Assembly (NCBI GenBank): GCA_902778175.1
Contig: CACYWT010000005.1
Location: 5,926 to 69,925 of the forward strand
Source of the DNA: an uncultured Ruminococcus sp.
Lineage (GTDB): Bacteria > Bacillota > Clostridia > Oscillospirales > Acutalibacteraceae
DNA length: 64,000 nt
Direction of reading: 5' to 3'
The notes under the pieces were generated by a model. It searched no databases. It was not told the DNA's origin and was given only the letters and a program-made list of their open reading frames with translations. This document shows positions 9,246 to 18,067 of the stretch, in pieces; position 1 is the stretch's first letter; the number at the start of each line of letters is the position of its first letter. The translations under genes were made by a program, and so were the position numbers.

Positions 9246-10704
9246 CAGATCAAAGATCATTTTCGGAAACCGGATGAAAAAAAGCGTGATATGCAAGGCG
9301 ATCCGGAGCAAGCTTAAATACGCCCGAAAATACGGCGATGACAGCAATGCTGATTACAGCGTGAAGATCGCTGAAAACCCGAGCCTTTTTTCATCACTCG
9401 GAGTATATGATATCCGTGTTGATGAGGGAACGGGAGATATTCCGTTTGATACGGAAAAGGGTATTATAGTGGGGAATATCCGTATGGGTTTCGGTCATTA
9501 CCGGATATCAATGGCAATGGCGTCGGCAGCTCATGCAATGGGATATACTCCCTACTGGATGGATCTTAATTCCTTTCCGGGAACGACCTGTACTAAAGTT
9601 ATAAGCGCACAGAATTCGCTTTATTCCATGGGGTCGCGCCTTTCCCAGAAAAGCAGGCTGTTCAACAAAATTCTCTGGGAGCCTCTTAATTACGAGGGCT
9701 TCCGTCAGCTGAGCTATAATGCGTCGGATCAGAAAAATGCCGAGCTTATGGCTGCTGTTTTCAAAAATATTCCCAAGGATATCCCTGTTATCGGTACTCA
9801 TGTCTGGCCTGCGCAGGCGGCTATCCACGCCGGAATGAAAAATGTAGTCAATGCAATTCCTGATAACTGGCCTATGGCTCTTCATCTTGCCGAGGGCAGC
9901 CTTCATCTGATCCAGACGCACCAGTCATATATGGGTTACCGCATACTCAACGGTATGCAGAAGAACGATGTGCTTAAACCCATGCCTGCCGACAGTCTTA
10001 TTTATACAGGACATTATATCGACCATGAGCTTGTTGCAAATATAGAAACTGACTGTGACAGGAGGATCGAACGCAAGAAAAACGGCAAGCCTATGCGTTT
10101 TCTTCTGACAATAGGCGGCGCAGGAGCGCAGCGCAGACTGTTTGCTGCTGTTATCCGTCACCTTATACCTGCGATAAGCAAAAAGAAAGCCGTACTTTAT
10201 ATCAATGTCGGTGATTATATGCAGGTATGGGAGGAACTTTGTGCTGAATTCAAAGGTCTGAGCCGCGCAGCGGTCACTCATTTCAATAACTGGAACGATA
10301 CGAAAAGCTTTGCTGAATCCGCAGCAGAGTGCGAGGTTAGCGGAATACACGCATTCTGTCACGATAATATCTTTGATGCAGTTTACTGTACAAATCTGCT
10401 GATGCGTTCCTGTGATGTTCTTCTGACAAAACCGAGCGAGCTTGCATTCTATCCTCTGCCTAAGCTGTTCCTCAGGAGAATAGGCGGTCATGAAAAATGG
10501 GGAGCGATTCATTCAGCCGAAATGGGTGACGGCACTCTCGAATGTGCAGATGTTCCGCATACACTGCAGATGGTCGATCTTTTCATGAATGAATCCGAGC
10601 TGTTCACTGATATGTGCGAGCAGATAAAGCTCAATAAGACGATCGGTCTTTATGACGGAGCATATAAGGCAGTAGAGCTTGCAATGAAAATGAAAAACAG
10701 ATAA
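9238..10704 (+). CDS. conserved protein of unknown function, possibly GT-B fold (MGDG-synthase/UgtP-like)
   Basis: The ATG at 9238 follows RBS 'aaggag' and overlaps the GH2 stop by 8 nt. 'GNIRMGFGHYRIS' and 'LLTKPSELAFYPLP...GHEKWGA' resemble the N- and C-terminal motifs of GT28-type enzymes. The assignment is weak. Confidence 0.45.
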   Translation: MTDRSKIIFGNRMKKSVICKAIRSKLKYARKYGDDSNADYSVKIAENPSLFSSLGVYDIRVDEGTGDIPFDTEKGIIVGNIRMGFGHYRISMAMASAAHAMGYTPYWMDLNSFPGTTCTKVISAQNSLYSMGSRLSQKSRLFNKILWEPLNYEGFRQLSYNASDQKNAELMAAVFKNIPKDIPVIGTHVWPAQAAIHAGMKNVVNAIPDNWPMALHLAEGSLHLIQTHQSYMGYRILNGMQKNDVLKPMPADSLIYTGHYIDHELVANIETDCDRRIERKKNGKPMRFLLTIGGAGAQRRLFAAVIRHLIPAISKKKAVLYINVGDYMQVWEELCAEFKGLSRAAVTHFNNWNDTKSFAESAAECEVSGIHAFCHDNIFDAVYCTNLLMRSCDVLLTKPSELAFYPLPKLFLRRIGGHEKWGAIHSAEMGDGTLECADVPHTLQMVDLFMNESELFTDMCEQIKLNKTIGLYDGAYKAVELAMKMKNR

Positions 10705-10737
10705 ATTGATAATAATTATGACAGGAGGCGGTATATT

Positions 10738-12135
10738 ATGAAACGCTTATCAAAAAGACAAATGAGAATATTTGCGGTCGGTCAGCTGGGCTGGTCAATA
10801 CTCAGCGGTATTATCAGCGCATGGTTTGTGACCTTCTATCTGCCGACGCAGAGCGATATCGAAAGCGGAGCAGTCCAGTTTATTGCGCCTGGTCTTGTGA
10901 TCGGTGGTTTTTTGACAATACTTGGAATAATCACAGCGCTTTCCCGTGTATTTGACGCGGTTACAGATCCGCTTATCGCATCAATTTCCGACAGAAGCAA
11001 GAACAAGCGCGGCAGACGTATACCGTTTATGCAGTATGCCGCAGTACCGCTCTCACTTGTTACAGTATTGCTGTTCTGTGCTCCGATAGAAGAAATAAGC
11101 GGCTGGAATGTAGCGTGGATATCAGTATTTATTGTTCTGTTCTATTTCTTCATGACGATGTACTGTACTCCGTATAATGCGCTGATCTCCGAATTCGGTA
11201 AAACACAGGACGACAGAATGTATATCTCAACTGCGATCTCCCTGACATTTTTTGCCGGAACAATGATCGCATACCTGCCTTTTGTATTTGCTGGAATGCT
11301 TCGCGGAAGCGTCGGATATTCATGGAGCTATCGGATCTGCTTTATAGTACTTTCGGTAATTGCCTGCATTTGTATGCTGATCCCGACATTCTTCCTGAAT
11401 GAAAAGGAATTTGTCGAATCAAAGCCCTCAGATTCAAATATGCTGAAGTCGCTCGGCGCAACCTTCAGGAACAGGAATTTCCGTGTATTTGTTTTTTCGG
11501 ATATTACCTATTGGGTCGGACTTACCTTGTTCCAGACAGGACTTCCTTTCTTCGTAAAGGTATCAATGAAGCTTGACGAATCATTTACTATGATATTCCT
11601 CGGGAGCATGACGATATTATCCGCCTGTTTCTATCCTGTCGTGCCTAAGCTTGTAAAGAAATTCGGCAAGAAAAAACTGGTAATAACCGGTTTTCTCGGT
11701 CTTGCCCTCGCATATGTTGTCGCAGGATTAATAGGAATAATCGGGACTACTCTCATAACCGGCATTGTATATGGTATTGCTATATGCGTAGTAGCAGCAT
11801 TTCCGATGGCGCTGCTCGGTATTATTCCCCAGTCCATCGTTGCGGACGTTGCGGAAGCCGACAGCTATGAAACAGGTGAAAACCGTGAAGGTATGTTCTT
11901 TGCGGCAAGAACATTTGCGATGAAATTCGGTCAGTCGCTGGCTATGCTTGTATTTACGACACTTGCGATAATAGGAACGACACAGAATACCAACAGCAAT
12001 GATATCACAGCTTCTGTACTCGGAATGACCTGCGTGGGCTTTGTAGCGGTGGCATTCTGTTCGTTTGGCGCGATTATCCTCAGCTTCTATAATGAGAAAA
12101 AAGTCATGTCTGCAATAGAAAAAGGCAAAAAATAA
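10738..12135 (+). CDS. glycoside-pentoside-hexuronide (GPH) family cation symporter
   Basis: GPH signature 'DAVTDPLIASISDRSKNKRGRRIPFM'. About 12 hydrophobic segments. Confidence 0.85.
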   Translation: MKRLSKRQMRIFAVGQLGWSILSGIISAWFVTFYLPTQSDIESGAVQFIAPGLVIGGFLTILGIITALSRVFDAVTDPLIASISDRSKNKRGRRIPFMQYAAVPLSLVTVLLFCAPIEEISGWNVAWISVFIVLFYFFMTMYCTPYNALISEFGKTQDDRMYISTAISLTFFAGTMIAYLPFVFAGMLRGSVGYSWSYRICFIVLSVIACICMLIPTFFLNEKEFVESKPSDSNMLKSLGATFRNRNFRVFVFSDITYWVGLTLFQTGLPFFVKVSMKLDESFTMIFLGSMTILSACFYPVVPKLVKKFGKKKLVITGFLGLALAYVVAGLIGIIGTTLITGIVYGIAICVVAAFPMALLGIIPQSIVADVAEADSYETGENREGMFFAARTFAMKFGQSLAMLVFTTLAIIGTTQNTNSNDITASVLGMTCVGFVAVAFCSFGAIILSFYNEKKVMSAIEKGKK

Positions 12136-12149
12136 AGCAGGTGATTTAA

Positions 12150-14498
12150 ATGATCAGATATTTAACCGGTGACCGTCCGGCATTTGTTCTTGAAACGGAC
12201 AACACCTCCTATGCATTTTCGATTACGCCGTCCGGACACCCCGAGCATATCTACTATGGTAAAAGGATTAACCTATCCGGTGCTGATGAATGTGATCTGC
12301 TCAGAGAAAAGCGTGAATTTGAGTTTGGCAATTCTATTGTATATTCCAAAGAGTTTCCGACAGAAATGCCGGAGGATATGTGTCTGGAGATATCATCTCC
12401 GGGTCACGGAGATATAAGGGAGCCTTTTATTGAGCTTGTTTTTTCTGACGGGAGCCGCAGTACAGACTTCCGTTATGCAGACCACTGCATAGACGACAGC
12501 GTATCAGATCTGACTTCCCTGCCTTCATCATATGCAGAAGAGGGGAAAGCGGAGCATCTTTGTCTTACACTCAGGGATGAGGATATTTTTCTTGAGCTCC
12601 ACTACAGGGTATATCCCGGTTGCGACGTAATAACACGCAGCGCAAGAATAATCAATAAGAGTAAACATACCGTTCAGGTTGAACGTATAATGAGCGCTCA
12701 GCTCGATCTGACATCTTCCGGTTTATGCATAACATCATTCCACGGCGCATGGGCAAGAGAAATGAACAAAAGCACGGTCACACTTCCGGCAGGAAAATTT
12801 GTGGTCGAAAGCCGTACAGGCTGTTCTTCCAACAGAGCAAATCCCTTTTTTATGGTGCATGAATCATCTGCTGATGAAAACACCGGCTGCGTATACGGAT
12901 TCAATCTGATATACAGCGGAAATCATTACAGCGCAGCGGAAGTAAATTCCTTTGATAAGACCCGTATCGTAACAGGCATACAGCCGCAGGGCTTTTGTTA
13001 TATCCTTAACGAAGGGGAGAGTCTTGAAGCTCCCGAAGCCGTAATGTCATTTTCGTCCTGCGGTTTTTCCGGAATGAGCATAAATATGCATAATTTTGTC
13101 AGGGAACATATAGTCCGTGGCAAATGGAAAAAACGTCCCCGTCCGGTTCTGCTGAACAGCTGGGAGGCTTGCTATTTCAAGGTGAATAAGCACAAAATGG
13201 TCACTCTTGCGAGAATAGGCAAAAAGCTCGGCGCTGAATTATTTGTCATGGACGATGGCTGGTTCGGAAAAAGAGATGACGACAAACATTCACTCGGTGA
13301 TTGGGAGGCGGATACGGGAAAGCTTCCCGGCGGACTGAAAGCTCTCGGAAATAAGATAAGATCAATAGGAATGGATTTCGGTATCTGGGTAGAGCCGGAA
13401 ATGATAAATACAGAAAGCGAACTATACAAGATTCACCCTGAATGGGTGATGGAAATAGAGGGCAGACTTCATTCCGAGGGAAGAAACCAGAGAGTACTTG
13501 ATCTTGCCAATCCCGAGGTTCAGGAATTTATAATTAATAAAATGACAGAGGTATTTTCTTCTGCGGAAATAAGTTATGTCAAATGGGATATGAACAGGAT
13601 ATTCTCAGATGTATTTTCTCCGAGTCTGCCTGCGCAGCGTCAGGGTGAAACTGCACACAGATATATATGCGGATTATACCGTATAATGAAAACGCTTACC
13701 GAGCGTTTTCCTGACATATTGTTCGAGGGCTGTGCTTCCGGCGGAAACAGGTTCGATCTGGGAATACTGTGTTATTTTCCGCAGATCTGGGCAAGTGACA
13801 ATACCGATGCGATCTGCCGTGCAACTATTCAGGAGGGCTACAGCTACGGCTATCCTCAGTCATGTATCGGTGCGCACGTCAGCGCGGTACCGAATCATCA
13901 GACACTGCGGATCACTCCTTCAGAAACACGTTTCGGCGCAGCATCTTTCGGTATTCTCGGATACGAGCTTGATGTCCGGGAGCTTAGCTCGGAGCGCAGG
14001 AAGAAAATCAAAAAAGAAATAGAGCTTTACAAAAAATGGCGTGAGGTATTTCAGTTCGGTCAGTTTTATCGTATCAGCACATCAGGCATACATCAGTGGA
14101 TCACTGTATCGCCTGACAAAACAAAGGCGGCTGCATTGCTTTTGCAGGAGCTTGCTGTTCCGAATAAACAGTATCAGAGCTTTACTGCGGCAGGACTTGA
14201 TCCTTATAGGCAGTACCATATGTACAGTATTGCTCAGCGTCTTGATATAAAGCAGTTCGGAAGTATGATAAATACAGCCCTGCCTGTTCATATCAGACAG
14301 GATTCGCTGCTTCATAATATTATTTCAAACGTAGTTAAAATGAACGGTGACAGTGAGGATATGACGGTTTCTGGTTCTGTCCTGATGAGCGGAGGAGTAT
14401 CGCTCAAGCCTGCCTTTTCAGCGACCGGTTTCAATGAAAATGTCAGGGTTTTTCCTGATTTTTCCTCACGAATATATTTTATCGAGGCTGTAGAATGA
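12150..14498 (+). CDS. alpha-galactosidase, GH36
   Basis: 'FVMDDGWFGKRDDD', 'VKWDMNR' and 'CASGGNRFD' are typical GH36 (AgaA/MelA-type) catalytic-region motifs. Confidence 0.85.
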   Translation: MIRYLTGDRPAFVLETDNTSYAFSITPSGHPEHIYYGKRINLSGADECDLLREKREFEFGNSIVYSKEFPTEMPEDMCLEISSPGHGDIREPFIELVFSDGSRSTDFRYADHCIDDSVSDLTSLPSSYAEEGKAEHLCLTLRDEDIFLELHYRVYPGCDVITRSARIINKSKHTVQVERIMSAQLDLTSSGLCITSFHGAWAREMNKSTVTLPAGKFVVESRTGCSSNRANPFFMVHESSADENTGCVYGFNLIYSGNHYSAAEVNSFDKTRIVTGIQPQGFCYILNEGESLEAPEAVMSFSSCGFSGMSINMHNFVREHIVRGKWKKRPRPVLLNSWEACYFKVNKHKMVTLARIGKKLGAELFVMDDGWFGKRDDDKHSLGDWEADTGKLPGGLKALGNKIRSIGMDFGIWVEPEMINTESELYKIHPEWVMEIEGRLHSEGRNQRVLDLANPEVQEFIINKMTEVFSSAEISYVKWDMNRIFSDVFSPSLPAQRQGETAHRYICGLYRIMKTLTERFPDILFEGCASGGNRFDLGILCYFPQIWASDNTDAICRATIQEGYSYGYPQSCIGAHVSAVPNHQTLRITPSETRFGAASFGILGYELDVRELSSERRKKIKKEIELYKKWREVFQFGQFYRISTSGIHQWITVSPDKTKAAALLLQELAVPNKQYQSFTAAGLDPYRQYHMYSIAQRLDIKQFGSMINTALPVHIRQDSLLHNIISNVVKMNGDSEDMTVSGSVLMSGGVSLKPAFSATGFNENVRVFPDFSSRIYFIEAVE

Positions 14499-14515
14499 TT
14501 TGAGGAGGTTAAGCC

Positions 14516-15652
14516 ATGGAGAAGATATCTTTCTCCTTTGAAAAAATATTTAATAAAACGCCTGACGTTTGCTGTTTTGCACCGGGCAGGGTAAACCTTA
14601 TAGGTGAGCATACGGATTATAACGGAGGTCATGTATTCCCCTGCGCGATACATATGGGAATATATTGTGCCGCAGGAAAAAGAAACGACAATAAGCTGTG
14701 TCTGTATTCAGAGAATTTTTCTGATGAAGGGATAATTGAATTTGATCTTGCCGATCCGAATCTGCGGGGGTGCTGGGCGGACTATCCGCTCAGTGTGATA
14801 AAGGCATTGTCGGCATTCGGTTATGACCTCCCCGGCGGAGCAGATATGGTATTCCACGGTGATCTGCCTGACGGCGCAGGATTATCTTCATCTGCCGCGC
14901 TCGAAGTTGTTACAGCGGTGACGCTGAGAGAGCTTTATTCTGTTCCGATAACAAATCAGGAGGCGGCGATAATCGGTCAGTTTGCCGAGAACCGTTTTAT
15001 CGGGGTAAACTGCGGAATAATGGATCAGTTTGCAAGCGCAATGGGAAAAAAAGACAGCGCAGTTCTGCTTGATTCCGATACCCTTGCATTTGAATATGCC
15101 CCTGTCGGAAATGCAGCGGTTGTAATAGTCAACAGTGGAGTAAAACATTCCCTTGCTTCATCTGCCTATAACCAGCGTCGCAGGGAATGTGAATCCGCCT
15201 GCAGTGATCTCAGAGTCCCGACGCTGTGTTCTCTCGTTCCCGAAGAATTTGAGGAAAGAAAGCATATGATCGGTGATGAGATCTGCCTGCGCAGGGCTAT
15301 GCACGCAGTATATGAGAACCGAAGGGCAAAAGATGCGGTCGATGCATTGAAAAAAGGAGATCTTCCACTGTTCGGAAGTCTTATGAATGAATCTCATATT
15401 TCTCTGAGAGATTATTATGAAGTTTCCTGTGAGGAGCTTGATTATCTTGCGGAAGAAGCATGGAAACAACCCGGCGTATACGGTGCGAGAATGACTGGAG
15501 GAGGCTTTGGAGGCTGTACGGTCAATCTGATGCAGCCTGATGCGGTAATGAGCTTTACCCGGACGATACAGACGGGTTACGAAAAGCGTTTCGGGATAAT
15601 ACCGGAGGTCTATATAGTCAGAGCTTCGGACGGAGCCGGCAGAACGGAGTGA
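14516..15652 (+). CDS. galK: galactokinase
   Basis: 'APGRVNLIGEHTDYNGG' galactokinase signature and 'GAGLSSSAALEV' GHMP kinase motif. Confidence 0.9.
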   Translation: MEKISFSFEKIFNKTPDVCCFAPGRVNLIGEHTDYNGGHVFPCAIHMGIYCAAGKRNDNKLCLYSENFSDEGIIEFDLADPNLRGCWADYPLSVIKALSAFGYDLPGGADMVFHGDLPDGAGLSSSAALEVVTAVTLRELYSVPITNQEAAIIGQFAENRFIGVNCGIMDQFASAMGKKDSAVLLDSDTLAFEYAPVGNAAVVIVNSGVKHSLASSAYNQRRRECESACSDLRVPTLCSLVPEEFEERKHMIGDEICLRRAMHAVYENRRAKDAVDALKKGDLPLFGSLMNESHISLRDYYEVSCEELDYLAEEAWKQPGVYGARMTGGGFGGCTVNLMQPDAVMSFTRTIQTGYEKRFGIIPEVYIVRASDGAGRTE

Positions 15653-15656
15653 TATT

Positions 15657-17144
15657 ATGATAAATAAAGCTATTGCATCTCTGGCAGCTTACGGTATTGA
15701 AAAGGGGCTTATCGGAGAAAATGAAGCTGTATATACGAGAAACAGACTTCTTGATGTTATTAGGGAGGACAGTTATGAGGAAAGCGGAATACTGTCCGGA
15801 GTATCGCTGCCGGGTATTCTGAAAATACTTACCGATCACGGAGTGAAGAAAGGACTGTGCGCTGATACTGCCGAAAGCCGTGATATATTTGATACAAGGC
15901 TTATGAATTGTCTTACGCCCCGACCTTCTGAGGTCGAAAGAATGTTCAGGGAGGATTACAATAGATCGCCGCAGCTTGCCACGGATAATTTTTATAAATT
16001 CAGCTGTGACACAAATTATATCCGCAGGGACAGGATAGCCCGTGACCGCCGTTGGAAATACAGCTGCGAATACGGAGATCTTGATATTACGATAAATCTT
16101 TCCAAGCCTGAAAAGGATCCGAGAGATATTGCCTTTGCCGGAAAAACAGCATCGACAGCCTATCCTTTATGTCAGCTTTGTGCTGAAAATGTAGGTTATG
16201 CCGGAAGGATAGGACATCCTGCAAGAGCAAATCACAGGATCATTCCATTGAAATTAACGGGTGAGGACTGGTTTTTCCAGTATTCTCCGTATGTATATTA
16301 TAACGAGCACTGCATCGTATTCAACAGCCGCCATATTCCTATGAAGATAAGCCGTGAAGCCTTTGCAAAGCTGTTTGATTTTACCGAGCAGTTTCCGCAT
16401 TATTTTATCGGCTCCAATGCCGATCTGCCGATAGTCGGCGGATCTATCCTGAGTCACGATCATTTCCAGGGAGGTCATTACACCTTTGCTATGGAAAAAG
16501 CCGAAACCGAATACACCTTCAGCGTTTCAGGATATGAGGATATAAAATGCGGTATAATCAAATGGCCTTTGTCTGTCATCAGACTAAGGGGAAGGGATAA
16601 GGAGAGGATCATTTCCCTTGCTTCTGTTATACTTGAAAAATGGAGAAACTATACAGATGCTTCCGCAATGATCTTCGCAGTAACAGACGGAGTTCCCCAT
16701 AATACAATAACGCCGATCGCAAGACGCCGCGGCGAGGATTTCGAGATAGATCTTTGTCTGAGGAATAATCTGACAACCAAAGAACACCCCCTGGGGCTTT
16801 ACCATCCCCATGCACAGCGGCATCATATCAAAAAGGAAAACATCGGTCTTATCGAGGTAATGGGACTTGCAGTTCTTCCGTCAAGACTCAACAGGGAGCT
16901 TGATCTGCTCGAAAGCTGTATTATTCAGGGCAGGAATATTTCAGCCGAGGAAAGTATAGCAAAGCACAGCGAATGGGCGTCTTCCTTTGCAGGAGAGCTT
17001 GGCGGTAGATCCGCTCAGGCTGTCAGGGACAGGCTTGAGCAGGAGGTCGGAGAGGTCTTTATGCGCGTACTTGAGGATGCAGGAGTTTTCAAACGTACCG
17101 ACGACGGTAAAGCGGCATTTTTGCGTTTTATTGATACGATCTGA
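15657..17144 (+). CDS. galT: galactose-1-phosphate uridylyltransferase (long Gram-positive type)
   Basis: The 495-aa size and 'SHDHFQGG' active-site motif match the class II GalT. It starts 5 nt after galK. Confidence 0.85.
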   Translation: MINKAIASLAAYGIEKGLIGENEAVYTRNRLLDVIREDSYEESGILSGVSLPGILKILTDHGVKKGLCADTAESRDIFDTRLMNCLTPRPSEVERMFREDYNRSPQLATDNFYKFSCDTNYIRRDRIARDRRWKYSCEYGDLDITINLSKPEKDPRDIAFAGKTASTAYPLCQLCAENVGYAGRIGHPARANHRIIPLKLTGEDWFFQYSPYVYYNEHCIVFNSRHIPMKISREAFAKLFDFTEQFPHYFIGSNADLPIVGGSILSHDHFQGGHYTFAMEKAETEYTFSVSGYEDIKCGIIKWPLSVIRLRGRDKERIISLASVILEKWRNYTDASAMIFAVTDGVPHNTITPIARRRGEDFEIDLCLRNNLTTKEHPLGLYHPHAQRHHIKKENIGLIEVMGLAVLPSRLNRELDLLESCIIQGRNISAEESIAKHSEWASSFAGELGGRSAQAVRDRLEQEVGEVFMRVLEDAGVFKRTDDGKAAFLRFIDTI

Positions 17145-17167
17145 ACAGTTCGGAAAGGAATAAAGAA

Positions 17168-17722
17168 ATGATAAATTCAGAGCAGGCGCTAAAAAAGCTC
17201 ATACAGGGTAATGAAGAATATCTTAATGAAAAACGCAGCGGCAATATTTCCCTGTTGAGAAGGCAGGAAACATTACATGACGGACAGCACCCCTATGCGA
17301 TAATAATATCCTGTTCGGATTCGAGGGTGATACCCGAAAGTATTTTCAATGCAGGGATCGGTGATCTTTTTGTTATCAGGGTTGCCGGAAATGTTATGGA
17401 CGATCATCAGCTCGGTTCGGTGGAATATGCGGCGCATCATCTTGATGTAAAGCTTATAGTTGTTCTCGGACACGATCACTGCGGAGCTGTTGACGCCGCT
17501 GTTAATCACGATCCCGACGGCTATATAAAGTTCATTACCGATGAGATAAAGAAGGCGATAGGTGATGAAAAGAATGAGTACAACGCGTGTTGTCTGAATG
17601 TCAGACACAGCATTGAAATAATCGAAAACAGCTTTGAAATACATAAGGAAGAGGAACATGGTCTGAAAGTCATCGGAGCGGTTTATCATCTTGAAAGCGG
17701 AAAGGTAGATTTTGATATTTAG
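17168..17722 (+). CDS. beta-class carbonic anhydrase
   Basis: Zinc-ligand motifs 'CSDSR' and 'HDHCGA'. 184 aa. Confidence 0.8.
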   Translation: MINSEQALKKLIQGNEEYLNEKRSGNISLLRRQETLHDGQHPYAIIISCSDSRVIPESIFNAGIGDLFVIRVAGNVMDDHQLGSVEYAAHHLDVKLIVVLGHDHCGAVDAAVNHDPDGYIKFITDEIKKAIGDEKNEYNACCLNVRHSIEIIENSFEIHKEEEHGLKVIGAVYHLESGKVDFDI

Positions 17723-17752
17723 TTATCATACTATACCTGCAATAATACTATT

Positions 17753-17785
17753 TCTCCCGGATCAGCATTATCCGGGAGATTTTTG
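17753..17785 (+). terminator. intrinsic terminator ending the galactoside/Leloir cluster
   Basis: Stem tctcccggat/atccgggaga with a 7-nt loop, followed by ttttt. Confidence 0.8.
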
Positions 17786-18067
17786 TATTATAACCGCAAA
17801 TTCAAGTGTGCGGTATTGTCTGAAATCAATTTTCGTCATTGTGCAATATTTTAATGTTCGTTTTATATATTTTTGTACAAAATGCTATTTTGGTATTGAA
17901 AAAACGTGAAAAATAATGTAATATATTAATAGGTATGTATAGTGGTATAGGTATATCAATTTTTATATGCAAAATGATTATTTGTGATAAAACCTCGCGC
18001 TCTGCATTATGAAAAAGATAGGATTGTCCGATTATTTGCGGATAATTATTAAGTTAGGGTGAACCAT

